DNA of 64,000 nucleotides from a candidate division WOR-3 bacterium (GTDB lineage Bacteria; Hydrothermota; Tepidihabitantia; Tepidihabitantales; Tepidihabitantaceae): NCBI GenBank assembly GCA_039801225.1, contig JBDRUH010000001.1, positions 1,767 to 65,766 of the forward strand, read 5' to 3'. Shown piece by piece: positions 19,257 to 28,545 of this stretch (position 1 is its first letter; each line of letters starts with the position of its first letter). The notes under the pieces were generated by a model. It saw only the letters and a program-made list of their open reading frames with translations, ran no database searches and was not told where the DNA came from. The position numbers and the translations under genes were made by a program.

Positions 19257-19823
19257 ATGAAAAAGACTCTTTTAACCTGGCTGTTGGTTGTCTTCGCTAC
19301 CCTTGCCTTAGGAGAAGAAGGACTCACCGCTACCCAGAAAAGGGGCTGGTTAGGTGTTGTGACGGAAGGAATGAGCCCGGCAATGCTTGCGGCATTAGGA
19401 ATAGATTACGGCGTTCTTATTGCCGAGGTCGTGAAAAATAGTCCGGCAGCAAAGGCAGGATTGAAAATGGGCGATGTAATAGTTTCTATTGATGGTGAGA
19501 AAATTACCAACCGGGGCGATTTGATTCAAGCGGTGCGGCTTCGTCCTCACAAAAAGGTTGAGATGATAATTTTGCGGCAGTTGAAGAGACAAAAAGTTAT
19601 AGTAGAAATTGGCGAGGAGGAAGCATTAGAAGAACCGGAGTGGAAACAGAGACCGATGGAAGGGATAAGAAAATTGCGCCAGATGCTTAAGCAACTTAAG
19701 CCCTTATACCGCTTTGAGCGGGAGTTATATAAAGAGTATCTGGATTCGCTCCGCTGTCAGATTGAGGAACTGCAGCAAGAGTTAAGGGAACTGAAAAGGA
19801 AAATTGAGGAGGAAAGGAGATAA
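19257..19823 (+). CDS. Secreted PDZ-domain protein with a C-terminal coiled coil
   Basis: Good RBS (aaagggggtg). Signal peptide, then PDZ-like GWLGVVTEGMSP...VLIAEVVKNSPAAKAGLKMGDVIVSIDGEKI, then a charged helical tail. Confidence 0.7.
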   Translation: MKKTLLTWLLVVFATLALGEEGLTATQKRGWLGVVTEGMSPAMLAALGIDYGVLIAEVVKNSPAAKAGLKMGDVIVSIDGEKITNRGDLIQAVRLRPHKKVEMIILRQLKRQKVIVEIGEEEALEEPEWKQRPMEGIRKLRQMLKQLKPLYRFERELYKEYLDSLRCQIEELQQELRELKRKIEEERR

Positions 19824-19826
19824 ATT

Positions 19827-20300
19827 TTACGGTCTGGCGGTTCTTATCCTCTCGGCAATCGCATCCAGTTCCGATTCCGAAAACTGGGACTGAAGCCTGG
19901 TCTGGCAGAAATGGTGCAGATTCAGCGTTTTATCAAGAAGATTCTCCTCGCCCTTAATCGTGGGAATAATCAGCATATGGGTATGGGGAACCCGGGTGCC
20001 GCGCAAAAGTAGCGTAACATATTCGCACTCAAAAGCATGTTTGACTTTCCGGGCAACGATATAACAGGCACGAAGAAATGGTCCGGCAAGGTTGTCCTGT
20101 GGTTCAATATCAGTAAACCACTGAATATGTTTCTTGGGAATTACTAAACAGTGCCCCCGGGAGATAGGGTAAAGGTCCAAGAAAGCCAAAGTAGACTCAT
20201 CCTCATAAACCTTGCGACAGGGTGCTCTCCCCGCCACTATTTCACAAAACGGGCACTCATTAATTACATCAATCTCTTTCATAAAAATATCATACACCAA
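19827..20300 (-). CDS. HIT family (histidine triad) protein
   Basis: CPFCEI...ISRGHCLVIPKKH...VPHTHMLIIP contains the histidine-triad motif. Confidence 0.8.
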   Translation of the reverse strand: MVYDIFMKEIDVINECPFCEIVAGRAPCRKVYEDESTLAFLDLYPISRGHCLVIPKKHIQWFTDIEPQDNLAGPFLRACYIVARKVKHAFECEYVTLLLRGTRVPHTHMLIIPTIKGEENLLDKTLNLHHFCQTRLQSQFSESELDAIAERIRTARP

Positions 20301-20393
20301 TCCAATCTCTGGTCAAGACAGGAGAAAAAGCCTTCCCTCTTCGTTTCCCTGTCTTATTTGACAGCCGAATTTAACTGGGCAAAATCTACCCTT

Positions 20394-21560
20394 ATGACTG
20401 CTCGCCAATCGGCTGCTGACCTTGAGCCAAAACTGGAAAAGGTGCGCCGGCTATTACCGGTCACAAAGGAGCGGGTGTATTTCAATCACGCCGCCACCGG
20501 TCCTTTACCTTTGTCGGCAGTAAAGGAGATGAATAAGTTCTGCCGAAGGGCGGCAAACGAAGGCGCTGTGCCTTATCTGGAGGCGGAAAAGGTGGTTGAA
20601 GAAACCAGAGGGCTGGTAGCGAAGTTGATGGGAGTAAAGCCCGAGGAAATAGCATTTGTAAAAAACACCTCCAGCGGAATTATTCTGGCGATTGGGTTAA
20701 TCCCTTGGGAGAGGGATGATAACTTAATTATGATGTCCGACGCCTTCCCAGCCAACTCCTATCCCTATCATCTCCTGCTCGCCGATGTGGAAAAGCGGTT
20801 TGTTACCAGTGTTGAACTTGCCTCAGGTCCGGAATGCATCTTTAGGTTGGTGGATAAAAACACCCGGGCGGTAGCGTTAGATTGGGTTCATTTCCTCTCC
20901 GGGGCAAAGTTTGACATTGCTACCATAAGCGATTTCTGCCGGAAAAAAGGGATATATCTGATTGTGGATGCAATTCAAGGGCTGGGGGCGATAAGAGAAA
21001 ATTTCGAAAAGATTGGCGCCGATTTTGTTGCTGCTGGTGGTGGAAAGTGGCTTTTGGCACCTCAGGGAATAGGTGTGTTATATATAAAAAATAAAACTTT
21101 GCCCTCATTAAAGCCGTTTAATTTGGGCTGGCTTTCCTGCCATTGGGAGGAGTTTAACAGCACCTTTACCCCGAAGCCGTTAAAGAGGTCGGCGAGTAAA
21201 TTTGAAGAAGGCACAAAGAACTACCTCGGTATCTATGGCTTGCGTGAAGCGCTGAAACTCATTCTGGAATTCGGGCTGGCAGAAATTACCGAGAGAGTCT
21301 ATCACCTTACCGGACTCCTCCAGGATAAGTTGATGGAATTCGGCTTTGAACTTCTCACCCCAAAAGAAAGGCAACTTCGGGCGGGTATTGTTACCTGCCG
21401 GAAAAGTGGAATGGATATGGTAAAATTACAGGCTCAATTGGAGAAAGAAAAGTTCATCTGCTCGGTGCGAGAAAACTGGCTGAGAATCTCACCCCATTTT
21501 TATAATACCGAAGACGAGGTTGAACGATTTGTCCAGCAGATTAAGATATTCAGTGAGTAA
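20394..21560 (+). CDS. Aminotransferase class V-fold PLP-dependent enzyme (cysteine desulfurase / selenocysteine lyase-like)
   Basis: Start moved to ATG 20394 (MTARQ...). The track ORF from 20151 would overlap the HIT gene on the opposite strand. NHAATGPLP..., Asp/Lys region IVDAIQGLGA. Length 388 aa. Confidence 0.75.
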   Translation: MTARQSAADLEPKLEKVRRLLPVTKERVYFNHAATGPLPLSAVKEMNKFCRRAANEGAVPYLEAEKVVEETRGLVAKLMGVKPEEIAFVKNTSSGIILAIGLIPWERDDNLIMMSDAFPANSYPYHLLLADVEKRFVTSVELASGPECIFRLVDKNTRAVALDWVHFLSGAKFDIATISDFCRKKGIYLIVDAIQGLGAIRENFEKIGADFVAAGGGKWLLAPQGIGVLYIKNKTLPSLKPFNLGWLSCHWEEFNSTFTPKPLKRSASKFEEGTKNYLGIYGLREALKLILEFGLAEITERVYHLTGLLQDKLMEFGFELLTPKERQLRAGIVTCRKSGMDMVKLQAQLEKEKFICSVRENWLRISPHFYNTEDEVERFVQQIKIFSE

Positions 21561-22224
21561 GTTATTATCCCTTCGCCCCCTTCTAACCGCCCTGTTGACT
21601 TTTGTCCTAATAACCCCACCGGTCTGGTCAGGACCATCTCAAGGAACTGATATAATTGAAACTGGCGGTGAGCGGTTTGAAATTGAAGCCTCGCCAACCA
21701 TTCCTAGGGACACCACCCAAGCCAAAAAAGGCAGAACCGAACCAGAACCAATCCTCACACCATTTCTTGAGGAAAGTGGCGCCGGACAGGGCTGGGTGGC
21801 GATATCAATTGACACATTTCCAACCGAACTATGTCTTGATGGTAACCCGGTAATCGTGAATACCCCTCGGCAGGTCCTTCCCCTTATTCAAGGCCGGCAC
21901 TTTCTCAGCCTCTTTCCTCTTAAACAGGTCTATCTCACTTATCGGGATGAGACGCCAGAAGGATTCTGGCAGACGAGAATGTCTCAGGATATGCCTCTTG
22001 ACCGATTTGGTCTAATCTCCAGTTATGAACGGGAGGCGGTTCGGACAGGGACTCAATGGGTCCAGGTTATTCCCGATGATACGATTGATGTCCTCCTTTC
22101 TCATAAAGTGGTCCATCAAACCTATCGCCGTCAGGCGATGCATACCGCGATTACCCTTTTTACTGTCGCCGCAGTTATTGCCAGCGCAATGCTTGGCAGT
22201 GTAGCCTTGATTAGCAAGGAATAA
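21520..22224 (+). CDS. Hypothetical signal-peptide protein with a C-terminal TM anchor
   Basis: Possibly starts at in-frame GTG 21553 (SKLLSLRPLLTALLTFVLITPPVWSG). No family recognised. Confidence 0.5.
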   Translation: MNDLSSRLRYSVSKLLSLRPLLTALLTFVLITPPVWSGPSQGTDIIETGGERFEIEASPTIPRDTTQAKKGRTEPEPILTPFLEESGAGQGWVAISIDTFPTELCLDGNPVIVNTPRQVLPLIQGRHFLSLFPLKQVYLTYRDETPEGFWQTRMSQDMPLDRFGLISSYEREAVRTGTQWVQVIPDDTIDVLLSHKVVHQTYRRQAMHTAITLFTVAAVIASAMLGSVALISKE

Positions 22225-22240
22225 TTTCTCAGGAGGTAAA

Positions 22241-23908
22241 ATGCTTTCTGATATTGAGATTGCCCAAAAGATTAAACTTCTGCCAATATGGGAAATTGCC
22301 AAGGGTCTGGACATTACCGATATGGACCTACTCCTCCCTAATGGCAACTACAAGGCAAAACTTTCGGTTCGGCTTATGGAACAAATTAAAGATAAACCTA
22401 CCGGCGGGTTGATTTTGGTTACCGCCATCACCCCGACCAAGTTTGGTGAGGGCAAGACCACTGTATCCATCGGTCTCTCAATGGCGCTCAATCGCCTCGG
22501 GAAAAAATCAATTGTCGTTCTGCGTCAGCCCTCACTGGGTCCGGTTTTCGGCATTAAAGGCGGGGCAGCCGGTGGTGGCTATGCTCAGGTTTTGCCAATG
22601 GAGGACATTAACCTCCACTTTACCGGTGATATTCACGCGGTCGCCTCGGCTCATAACCTTCTTTCGGCGATGTTAGACAATTCCCTGCATTTTGGCAACC
22701 CGCTGGGAATTGATGAAAGAGAGATTTTCTTCCCAAGGACATTAGATATGAATGACCGGGTAATGCGTTCAATGGTGGTGGGTTTGGGAGGAAGGGCAAA
22801 TGGTCCGGCACGGGAGGATAGTTGCGTGATTACCGCAGCATCAGAGGTTATGGCGATTTTAGCCCTGGCAAAAAATCGGGCAGACCTGAAAGAGCGACTA
22901 AGCAGGATTCTCGTCGCATTAAATTTTGATGACAAACCGATAACCGCTCAAGACTTAGGTGCCACCGGTGCGATGGCGGCGCTCTTAAAGGATGCTATCA
23001 AACCAAATTTAGTTCAGACCACGGAAAACACCCCGGCCCTGATTCATACCGGTCCATTTGCCAATATCGCCCATGGCACCGCCAGCATTATCGCTATCAA
23101 TGCGGCATTAAGACTGAGTGAATGGACCGTTGTGGAGGCGGGGTTTGGCTCAGACTTGGGTGCCGAGAAGTTTGTTGACCTGGTGGCACCTTTGGGGAAA
23201 TTTAAGATTGACGGCTGTGTCCTGGTGGCGACGATTCGGGCATTGAAACATCAGGGTGGTGCACCGGACGCCCGCAGAGGGATGTTGCGCCACCTCTGGC
23301 AGGGAGTGGAAAACCTGCGCCGGCATATTGAGAACTGCCGGCTGTTCGGGCTGGAACCGGTGGTGGCGTTGAACCGCTTTACCGGAGACTCACCAGATGA
23401 GTTAAAACTGGTGGTGAAGTCCTGTGAAGAGTTGGGCGTGCGGGCGGTGGTCTGTTCACCTCATACCGATGGCGGAAAAGGGTGTGAGGACCTGGCACAG
23501 GGGCTCTTAGCCCAGATTGCAGAAAAACCCGGTAAAAATCAACCAGTTTATGACTACTCCTGGAGTGTTGAGGAAAAAATTGAAGCGGTGGCAAAAAAGG
23601 TCTATGGTGCCGATCGAGTAGTTTATACCCCCCGAGCAGAAAGGGAAATTAAACGTATCTATGCTTTGGGCTATGACAAACTGCCGGTCTGTATCGCCAA
23701 AACACCACTATCCTTGAGCGACGACCCGGAGTGCTTAGGTGCCTGCTCTGGTTTTAAAATTAGTATTTCTGCGGTCCACATCCGGTCAGGCGCCGGCTAT
23801 CTGGTGCCGGTAGCGGGTGAGATAGAACTCCTGCCGGGTTTAGGTAAGAAGCCCAATGCGTTAAAAATTGACATCGCCGACGACGGCAGAATCTTTGGAC
23901 TTTCGTAA
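22241..23908 (+). CDS. fhs: Formate--tetrahydrofolate ligase
   Basis: ITPTKFGEGKTTVSIGL P-loop region and overall FTHFS architecture. Length 555 aa. RBS ggaggt upstream. Confidence 0.9.
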   Translation: MLSDIEIAQKIKLLPIWEIAKGLDITDMDLLLPNGNYKAKLSVRLMEQIKDKPTGGLILVTAITPTKFGEGKTTVSIGLSMALNRLGKKSIVVLRQPSLGPVFGIKGGAAGGGYAQVLPMEDINLHFTGDIHAVASAHNLLSAMLDNSLHFGNPLGIDEREIFFPRTLDMNDRVMRSMVVGLGGRANGPAREDSCVITAASEVMAILALAKNRADLKERLSRILVALNFDDKPITAQDLGATGAMAALLKDAIKPNLVQTTENTPALIHTGPFANIAHGTASIIAINAALRLSEWTVVEAGFGSDLGAEKFVDLVAPLGKFKIDGCVLVATIRALKHQGGAPDARRGMLRHLWQGVENLRRHIENCRLFGLEPVVALNRFTGDSPDELKLVVKSCEELGVRAVVCSPHTDGGKGCEDLAQGLLAQIAEKPGKNQPVYDYSWSVEEKIEAVAKKVYGADRVVYTPRAEREIKRIYALGYDKLPVCIAKTPLSLSDDPECLGACSGFKISISAVHIRSGAGYLVPVAGEIELLPGLGKKPNALKIDIADDGRIFGLS

Positions 23909-23959
23909 TAGGACCGATGACCGAAGACCGTCTTCCCTCCCCCGTCTTCAGTCTCACAA

Positions 23960-24133
23960 TTAATGAACTTTGACTATTGACTGGATGCGGTTAGGGAAGG
24001 GAATTTGCAAAAAATAGACACCGGCAGGAGGGCGGTTGAATGTTTTAATGTCTATTCTTCTACCCGAGTTATCATAAATCTTGAAATCGCCTAAGGAAAC
24101 AAACCCCTGCCCCGAGCCCGACTTTAGGAAAAG
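23960..24133 (-). pseudogene. Remnant of a T9SS C-terminal sorting domain (no start codon, upstream in-frame TGA)
   Basis: Reverse translation gives ...GDFKIYDNSGRRIDIKTFNRPPAGVYFLQIPFPNRIQSIVKVH*. It shares the PAGVYFLQI core, and a 27-nt DNA identity (24003-24029 vs 25243-25269, 1 mismatch), with the C-terminal sorting domain of the gene at 25188-26633. Confidence 0.5.
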
Positions 24134-24136
24134 TCA

Positions 24137-24160
24137 AAAGGCAAATCTCAAAAGCCAAAT
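24137..24160. repeat. Dispersed 24-nt repeat aaaggcaaatctcaaaagccaaat (second copy at 48840-48863)
   Basis: Exact 24-nt match between the two intergenic sites. Confidence 0.6.
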
Positions 24161-24923
24161 CTCAAATCATTTTGACCCCTCGGCTCCGTCATTCCGACCG
24201 AACCAATGGCGAGTGGAGGAATCCCTTCGCTCGGGGCAGGCTTTGGCAATTTGCATTTTGCCTTTTGAATTGATTATAAGGAATTCCTCCACTCGCGGAG
24301 CCTGCCCGAACCGAAGGAAGGAGATTGCTTCCCCGATTCGGGTCGCAATGACGGGGGTGAAAGGCGCGCAAGGGGGAGGAAGGTAAAGGCTAAGTGTATT
24401 TATATATACACAAAATTCTGATGGTCAAAATTTAGTTAAGTATCGTAATTAAATAACTTAACTTGAAGACCGGTTTATATAGGGGGCTGTCCACTCCAGC
24501 ACTAGGGTGGTAAAACCCTTTGTTGAAAAGGTTTTAGGCTTGTTGCTAAGTTTGATGTTAAAATCTTGTTTAAGTTCAAAGGGAAAATCAAATGGCGAGA
24601 TGCTCGGAAGAAGGAGTCTAAATAGGTTTTCAGGAATGCCTTTTGATTTGGTGCTAAGTTCAAGACCAAAAAGAAGGCTAAAAAACGCCTTGAAATCCTA
24701 TTTAACAAGAAAAGGGAAAAGATAAGTCCTTGCCAATTTAAAAACCCTATGGAGTTTTAATGTTGGTAAATGATGCCTTAGTTAAAAATGCTTTCCAGAC
24801 TTTTACCATATCTTGTGAGGGACCAGGTGTCACATTCCAGAAAGTGTCAATATGACATTTTCCTTGGGGAACCACCCCGCCCATTTTAACAGTTGACCGA
24901 ACCTTTTTTTGGAGTATCATTAA

Positions 24924-25169
24924 TTGATGAAGCAGAAACTATCCCCTTATCGTAATATCAATGCATTTATCCGCAAAGGGGAGAAGTATTATGTGGCAGA
25001 ATGTGTTGAAATTGGTGTAGTTACTCAGGGGAAAACGGTTGACGAGACCATCGCCAATCTCAGAGAGGCGGTGGCACTACACTTAGAAAACTTTGACTTT
25101 TGCAATTTGCATTTTGACTTCTCTGTGCGATCGCTTGGTCGCCAATCAAAATGGTGTAACCTGCTTTAA
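24924..25169 (+). CDS. HicB-like (UPF0150 family) type II antitoxin-like protein
   Basis: YYVAECVEIGVVTQGKTVDETIANLREAVALHLE matches the HicB/UPF0150 N-terminal fold motif. About 80 aa. Confidence 0.55.
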   Translation: MMKQKLSPYRNINAFIRKGEKYYVAECVEIGVVTQGKTVDETIANLREAVALHLENFDFCNLHFDFSVRSLGRQSKWCNLL

Positions 25170-25187
25170 CTGTCTTTTCATCTATTT

Positions 25188-26633
25188 TTATTTTGGTTTT
25201 ACAATCGGTTTGACTCTCTGACCTGAGGTGGTTGGAATTTGCAAAAAATAAACACCGGCAGGCAGATGGGGGAAATTTTCCGGACTGACCATTCTGCCGG
25301 ATTTGTCATATAGGGAAAAGTTGCCGGTCAATGAGTTAAGAAAGGAGCCAGTAAAAATTGTCGGTATCATCGGTTTAAGGCTTAAACCTTTTTCCTCAGG
25401 GCTTTTAATCCCCTGTCCGATAAATATGTCTTTGGGCACGCGCAGATAAATCACCGGATTTAATCTCCTTTCCCCCTCACCCAGCTCCCAGGAGCCCGCC
25501 TCCTGGTCGGCAAAGTAAAGGATGTGCAGGGTGTCGTCAACAACCTCGGCAAGATAGGGAAACCGTTTGCTCGTCTCATCCGGCTGTGTGAGCCTTAAGG
25601 GCTCACTCCAGGTTCTGCCGTTATCAAATGAAGCACTAGCCCAGATGTCAGCGCGGGCGATGCCGGTTTTGGGGTCAATATTTTGCGGGTCAAACTGCTC
25701 CCAGGCCACATAAAGGATATTTTCTGGGGAACGACATCTCCGGCGGTCAATCCCAATTGAGGGACGGTCAATCGCGGCGGTGTGCGCACCAAGGCGGTCT
25801 GTGTCCGGTAGTGAATATTCGCAAATAAAGTGAACCGGAGGCGTGTCATAGGGACAATAGTGCCAGAGTTGAACCCTGCCGCGGTTTTTGCCATCGTAGA
25901 GGTCAAGAACAATGTGAATCCGGTTTGAATCTAAAACAGCGCTGGCACCAAAGAGGCTGCGGTTAAAATTGCTGGGGACATTCTCTGAAAGGTTCTTAGT
26001 TTGATACCAACTGTTACCATTGTCCGGGCTCTCTCGGAAAAACAGTTCGCCAGTATTGCTGTTTGCCCAGATGTAACCCAGCCGGGTGGAGATTTTTGAG
26101 ACAATAAGGTTGTGCCGAGGAAATGGACCGCTTTCTCCTAACTTATACCAGGAAAAAGCGCTATAGTAGTAGAGGGTATCGTTCATTATCCCGGCAAACT
26201 TGGGGAGTCCGTAATAACCCGCACCGATTAAATTGTATTGTGGACCATAAAGGAAGGTAACTTCTGAGAAACTCCCTTGACCCGGGACGGAGTCAATGAA
26301 GTAGGAAATAAGCCGTTGTCCCCGCTTCAGGTAGTCTGCCGAAATCATCGCCTTACCATTCCGAACATTATAATCTAAACAACCAAGATTACGGGGATAA
26401 AGGTTAATAATTATCCCCTCATTCCAGCGCCAGTTTTCACCCTTAGGCTTGAAGTTATAGCGGATTTCACCGTAACCGTTTTTGTAGATAGCATGAATCC
26501 CGCGCAAGGTATCATAAGCAAGATAGCGAACCGCCGGACCTAAAAACTGGCGGTCGCGGTCTGCCCAGCCAATTGTGTCAATATGCGATTCTTTAGTAGT
26601 GATAGCAAAAATTAGCAAGAAGCCAATCCCCAT
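25188..26633 (-). CDS. T9SS-secreted BNR/Asp-box repeat (sialidase-like) protein
   Basis: Asp-box motifs SPDNGNSW and SFDNGRTWSEP. C-terminus SLYDKSGRMV...LPAGVYFLQI...VKPK is T9SS sorting-domain-like. Confidence 0.65.
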   Translation of the reverse strand: MGIGFLLIFAITTKESHIDTIGWADRDRQFLGPAVRYLAYDTLRGIHAIYKNGYGEIRYNFKPKGENWRWNEGIIINLYPRNLGCLDYNVRNGKAMISADYLKRGQRLISYFIDSVPGQGSFSEVTFLYGPQYNLIGAGYYGLPKFAGIMNDTLYYYSAFSWYKLGESGPFPRHNLIVSKISTRLGYIWANSNTGELFFRESPDNGNSWYQTKNLSENVPSNFNRSLFGASAVLDSNRIHIVLDLYDGKNRGRVQLWHYCPYDTPPVHFICEYSLPDTDRLGAHTAAIDRPSIGIDRRRCRSPENILYVAWEQFDPQNIDPKTGIARADIWASASFDNGRTWSEPLRLTQPDETSKRFPYLAEVVDDTLHILYFADQEAGSWELGEGERRLNPVIYLRVPKDIFIGQGIKSPEEKGLSLKPMIPTIFTGSFLNSLTGNFSLYDKSGRMVSPENFPHLPAGVYFLQIPTTSGQRVKPIVKPK

Positions 26634-26706
26634 CGGATAAGATTACTTTAATCAAAATAAGGGTCAAGAATTTGACAGCGGTGTTATTGAGATTTATGAT
26701 AGTAGT

Positions 26707-27924
26707 ATGTTTGACTTCTCCCTGCTACCACTTGAGCCACAGGGAAAAAAGATTCTTTTGATTATTATGGATGGAGTCGGTGGTTTACCCCAAAGAGGAA
26801 AAACTGAACTGGAGACCGCCTGGCTTCCGAACTTTAACCGGCTGACAAGAACTTCCAGTCTTGGACTCCTTATTCCTATTGCCCGGGGTGTAACACCTGG
26901 CTCTGGTGCCGCTCATCTGGCAATCTTGGGTTATGACCCGGTAAAATACCCTGTAGGTAGAGGGGTGATGGAAGCACTGGGAATTGGGTTAACTCCTCAA
27001 TCAGGCGAACTCTGTGCCCGGGCAAACTTTGCCACGGTAGACAAAGAGGGAACTATCATTGACCGCCGGGCAAAGATCGGTGATAAACGGATGGACACCG
27101 CCGAATGTGCCGAGCTGTGTACTAGGTTACAAAATGCCATTCCTGAAATTGAGGAAGTAAAGGTGCAGATAAAACCTGGGATGAACCATCGCTTTGTAGT
27201 AGTCTTCTCGGGAGCAAATTTGAAGGAGGAGATTACCGACTCTGACCCGGGTAAAGAGGGGAAAAAACCGCTGGAGGTGAAACCGCTGGTCCCGGAGGCA
27301 GAAAAGACAGCCCAAATTGTCAACCGGTTTATCCAGTTGTGTGCTAAGGAACTTTCTCAAAGAAAGCGGGCAAACTATGTGCTATTGCGTGGATTTTCTT
27401 TGCCACCGAAACTGCCTCCTTTCTCGGAACGCTACAAATTACGCTCCGCCTGCATTGCCGGATATCCTATGTATAAAGGACTGGCAAGACTATTGGGAAT
27501 GAATGTTTTAGAATGTGCCCCGAACTGGGAAGATGAGGTTTCAGAGGTAGAAAAAAATAAAGAAAAGTATGATTTTTTCCTCCTCCACTTTAAGGAGTTT
27601 GACCAGGCGGGTGAGGATGGCAACTTTGAATTAAAGGTAGAACTCTTGGAGCATTTTGATGAAAAAATCATCCCCAAAGTTATAAAAATGGGTTTTGATG
27701 TTATTTGTATAACTGGTGACCACTCTACACCGGCAGTTCTCCGCGCCCACTCCTGGCATCCAGTTCCCCTCCTCATCCACTCCCCTTATGTCCGTCCTAA
27801 TGAAAGGGCTGAAGAGTTTAGCGAACGGGCTTGCCAAGAGGGTAGTTTGGGAGTTATTTTTGGTCAAGAACTTATGCCCCTCCTTCTGGCAAATGCTTTA
27901 AGATTGGGAAAGTTTGGTGCTTAG
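26707..27924 (+). CDS. apgM: Cofactor-independent phosphoglycerate mutase, archaeal type
   Basis: ILLIIMDGVGGLP..., GVTPGSGAAHLAILGYDP, and the C-terminal ITGDHSTP metal-binding region. Length 405 aa. Confidence 0.75.
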   Translation: MFDFSLLPLEPQGKKILLIIMDGVGGLPQRGKTELETAWLPNFNRLTRTSSLGLLIPIARGVTPGSGAAHLAILGYDPVKYPVGRGVMEALGIGLTPQSGELCARANFATVDKEGTIIDRRAKIGDKRMDTAECAELCTRLQNAIPEIEEVKVQIKPGMNHRFVVVFSGANLKEEITDSDPGKEGKKPLEVKPLVPEAEKTAQIVNRFIQLCAKELSQRKRANYVLLRGFSLPPKLPPFSERYKLRSACIAGYPMYKGLARLLGMNVLECAPNWEDEVSEVEKNKEKYDFFLLHFKEFDQAGEDGNFELKVELLEHFDEKIIPKVIKMGFDVICITGDHSTPAVLRAHSWHPVPLLIHSPYVRPNERAEEFSERACQEGSLGVIFGQELMPLLLANALRLGKFGA

Positions 27925-28500
27925 ATGGCAAAAGGTTGGGCGCTAATTTCGGTGTGGGATAAGTCTGGTTTAAAGGAACTGGCCGAGGTTATATTGAGGT
28001 GCGATTACCGATTACTTGCCACCTCAAACACCGCCCAGTTTTTACGCCAGGTTAATTTGAATGTTACTGAAGTCAGTAAATGGACCAATGCACCAGAAAT
28101 CTTAGGTGGTAGGGTTAAAACGATTCACCCGAAGATTGCTGCCGGAATACTTTCCTTAAGAGGAAACGAAGGTATTGAGCCGATTGATATTGTGGTGTGC
28201 AATCTCTACCCATTTCTTCAAGGGGTTAAAGAAAAGAAAGATTTGCAGGAGATGATTGAACTGATTGACATCGGCGGAGTAACTCTCCTGCGTTCTGCAG
28301 CAAAGAACTGGCGTTTTGTCGTTCCGGTACCAGAACCTAAATACTATCCGCTGGTAATCAATGAACTTCAAGGATACGGCGCGGTAAGGGAACGGGTGCG
28401 TCTGCAACTGGCCCGGGCGACATTTGAGTTAACGAGTAGTTATGACCAAGAGATAGCCAATTACTTCGCTAAATTGGTAAAAGAAGACGCTCAGATTTGA
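27925..28500 (+). CDS. IMP cyclohydrolase domain protein (PurH N-terminal MGS-like domain only, 191 aa)
   Basis: ALISVWDKSGL...LLATSNTAQFL...GGRVKTIHPKIAAGIL...IDIVVCNLYPF aligns with the PurH IMPCH half. Clean stop at 28498-28500 and no AICAR-transformylase domain downstream. Confidence 0.7.
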   Translation: MAKGWALISVWDKSGLKELAEVILRCDYRLLATSNTAQFLRQVNLNVTEVSKWTNAPEILGGRVKTIHPKIAAGILSLRGNEGIEPIDIVVCNLYPFLQGVKEKKDLQEMIELIDIGGVTLLRSAAKNWRFVVPVPEPKYYPLVINELQGYGAVRERVRLQLARATFELTSSYDQEIANYFAKLVKEDAQI

Positions 28501-28545
28501 GTTTTAAACTTTTGCATATTAAAATTTCTCACTAGGAGGATAAAA

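Noticed and set aside
20151-20393. N-terminal extension of the class V aminotransferase ORF
   Set aside because: It would overlap the HIT gene on the opposite strand by ~150 nt. The internal ATG at 20394 gives a normal-length enzyme (NHAATGP near the N-terminus).
23960-24133. Possibility that the sorting-domain remnant is a live gene using an in-frame UGA (Sec)
   Set aside because: There is no start codon or RBS upstream of the TGA, no SECIS-like hairpin was identified, and the peptide would consist only of a sorting domain.
24507-24725. 72-aa highly basic ORF in the decayed region after fhs
   Set aside because: Low-complexity Lys/Ser/Leu-rich translation of AT-rich DNA with no RBS or homology signal. 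Probably not a gene, though a small ribosomal-like or DNA-binding protein cannot be fully excluded.
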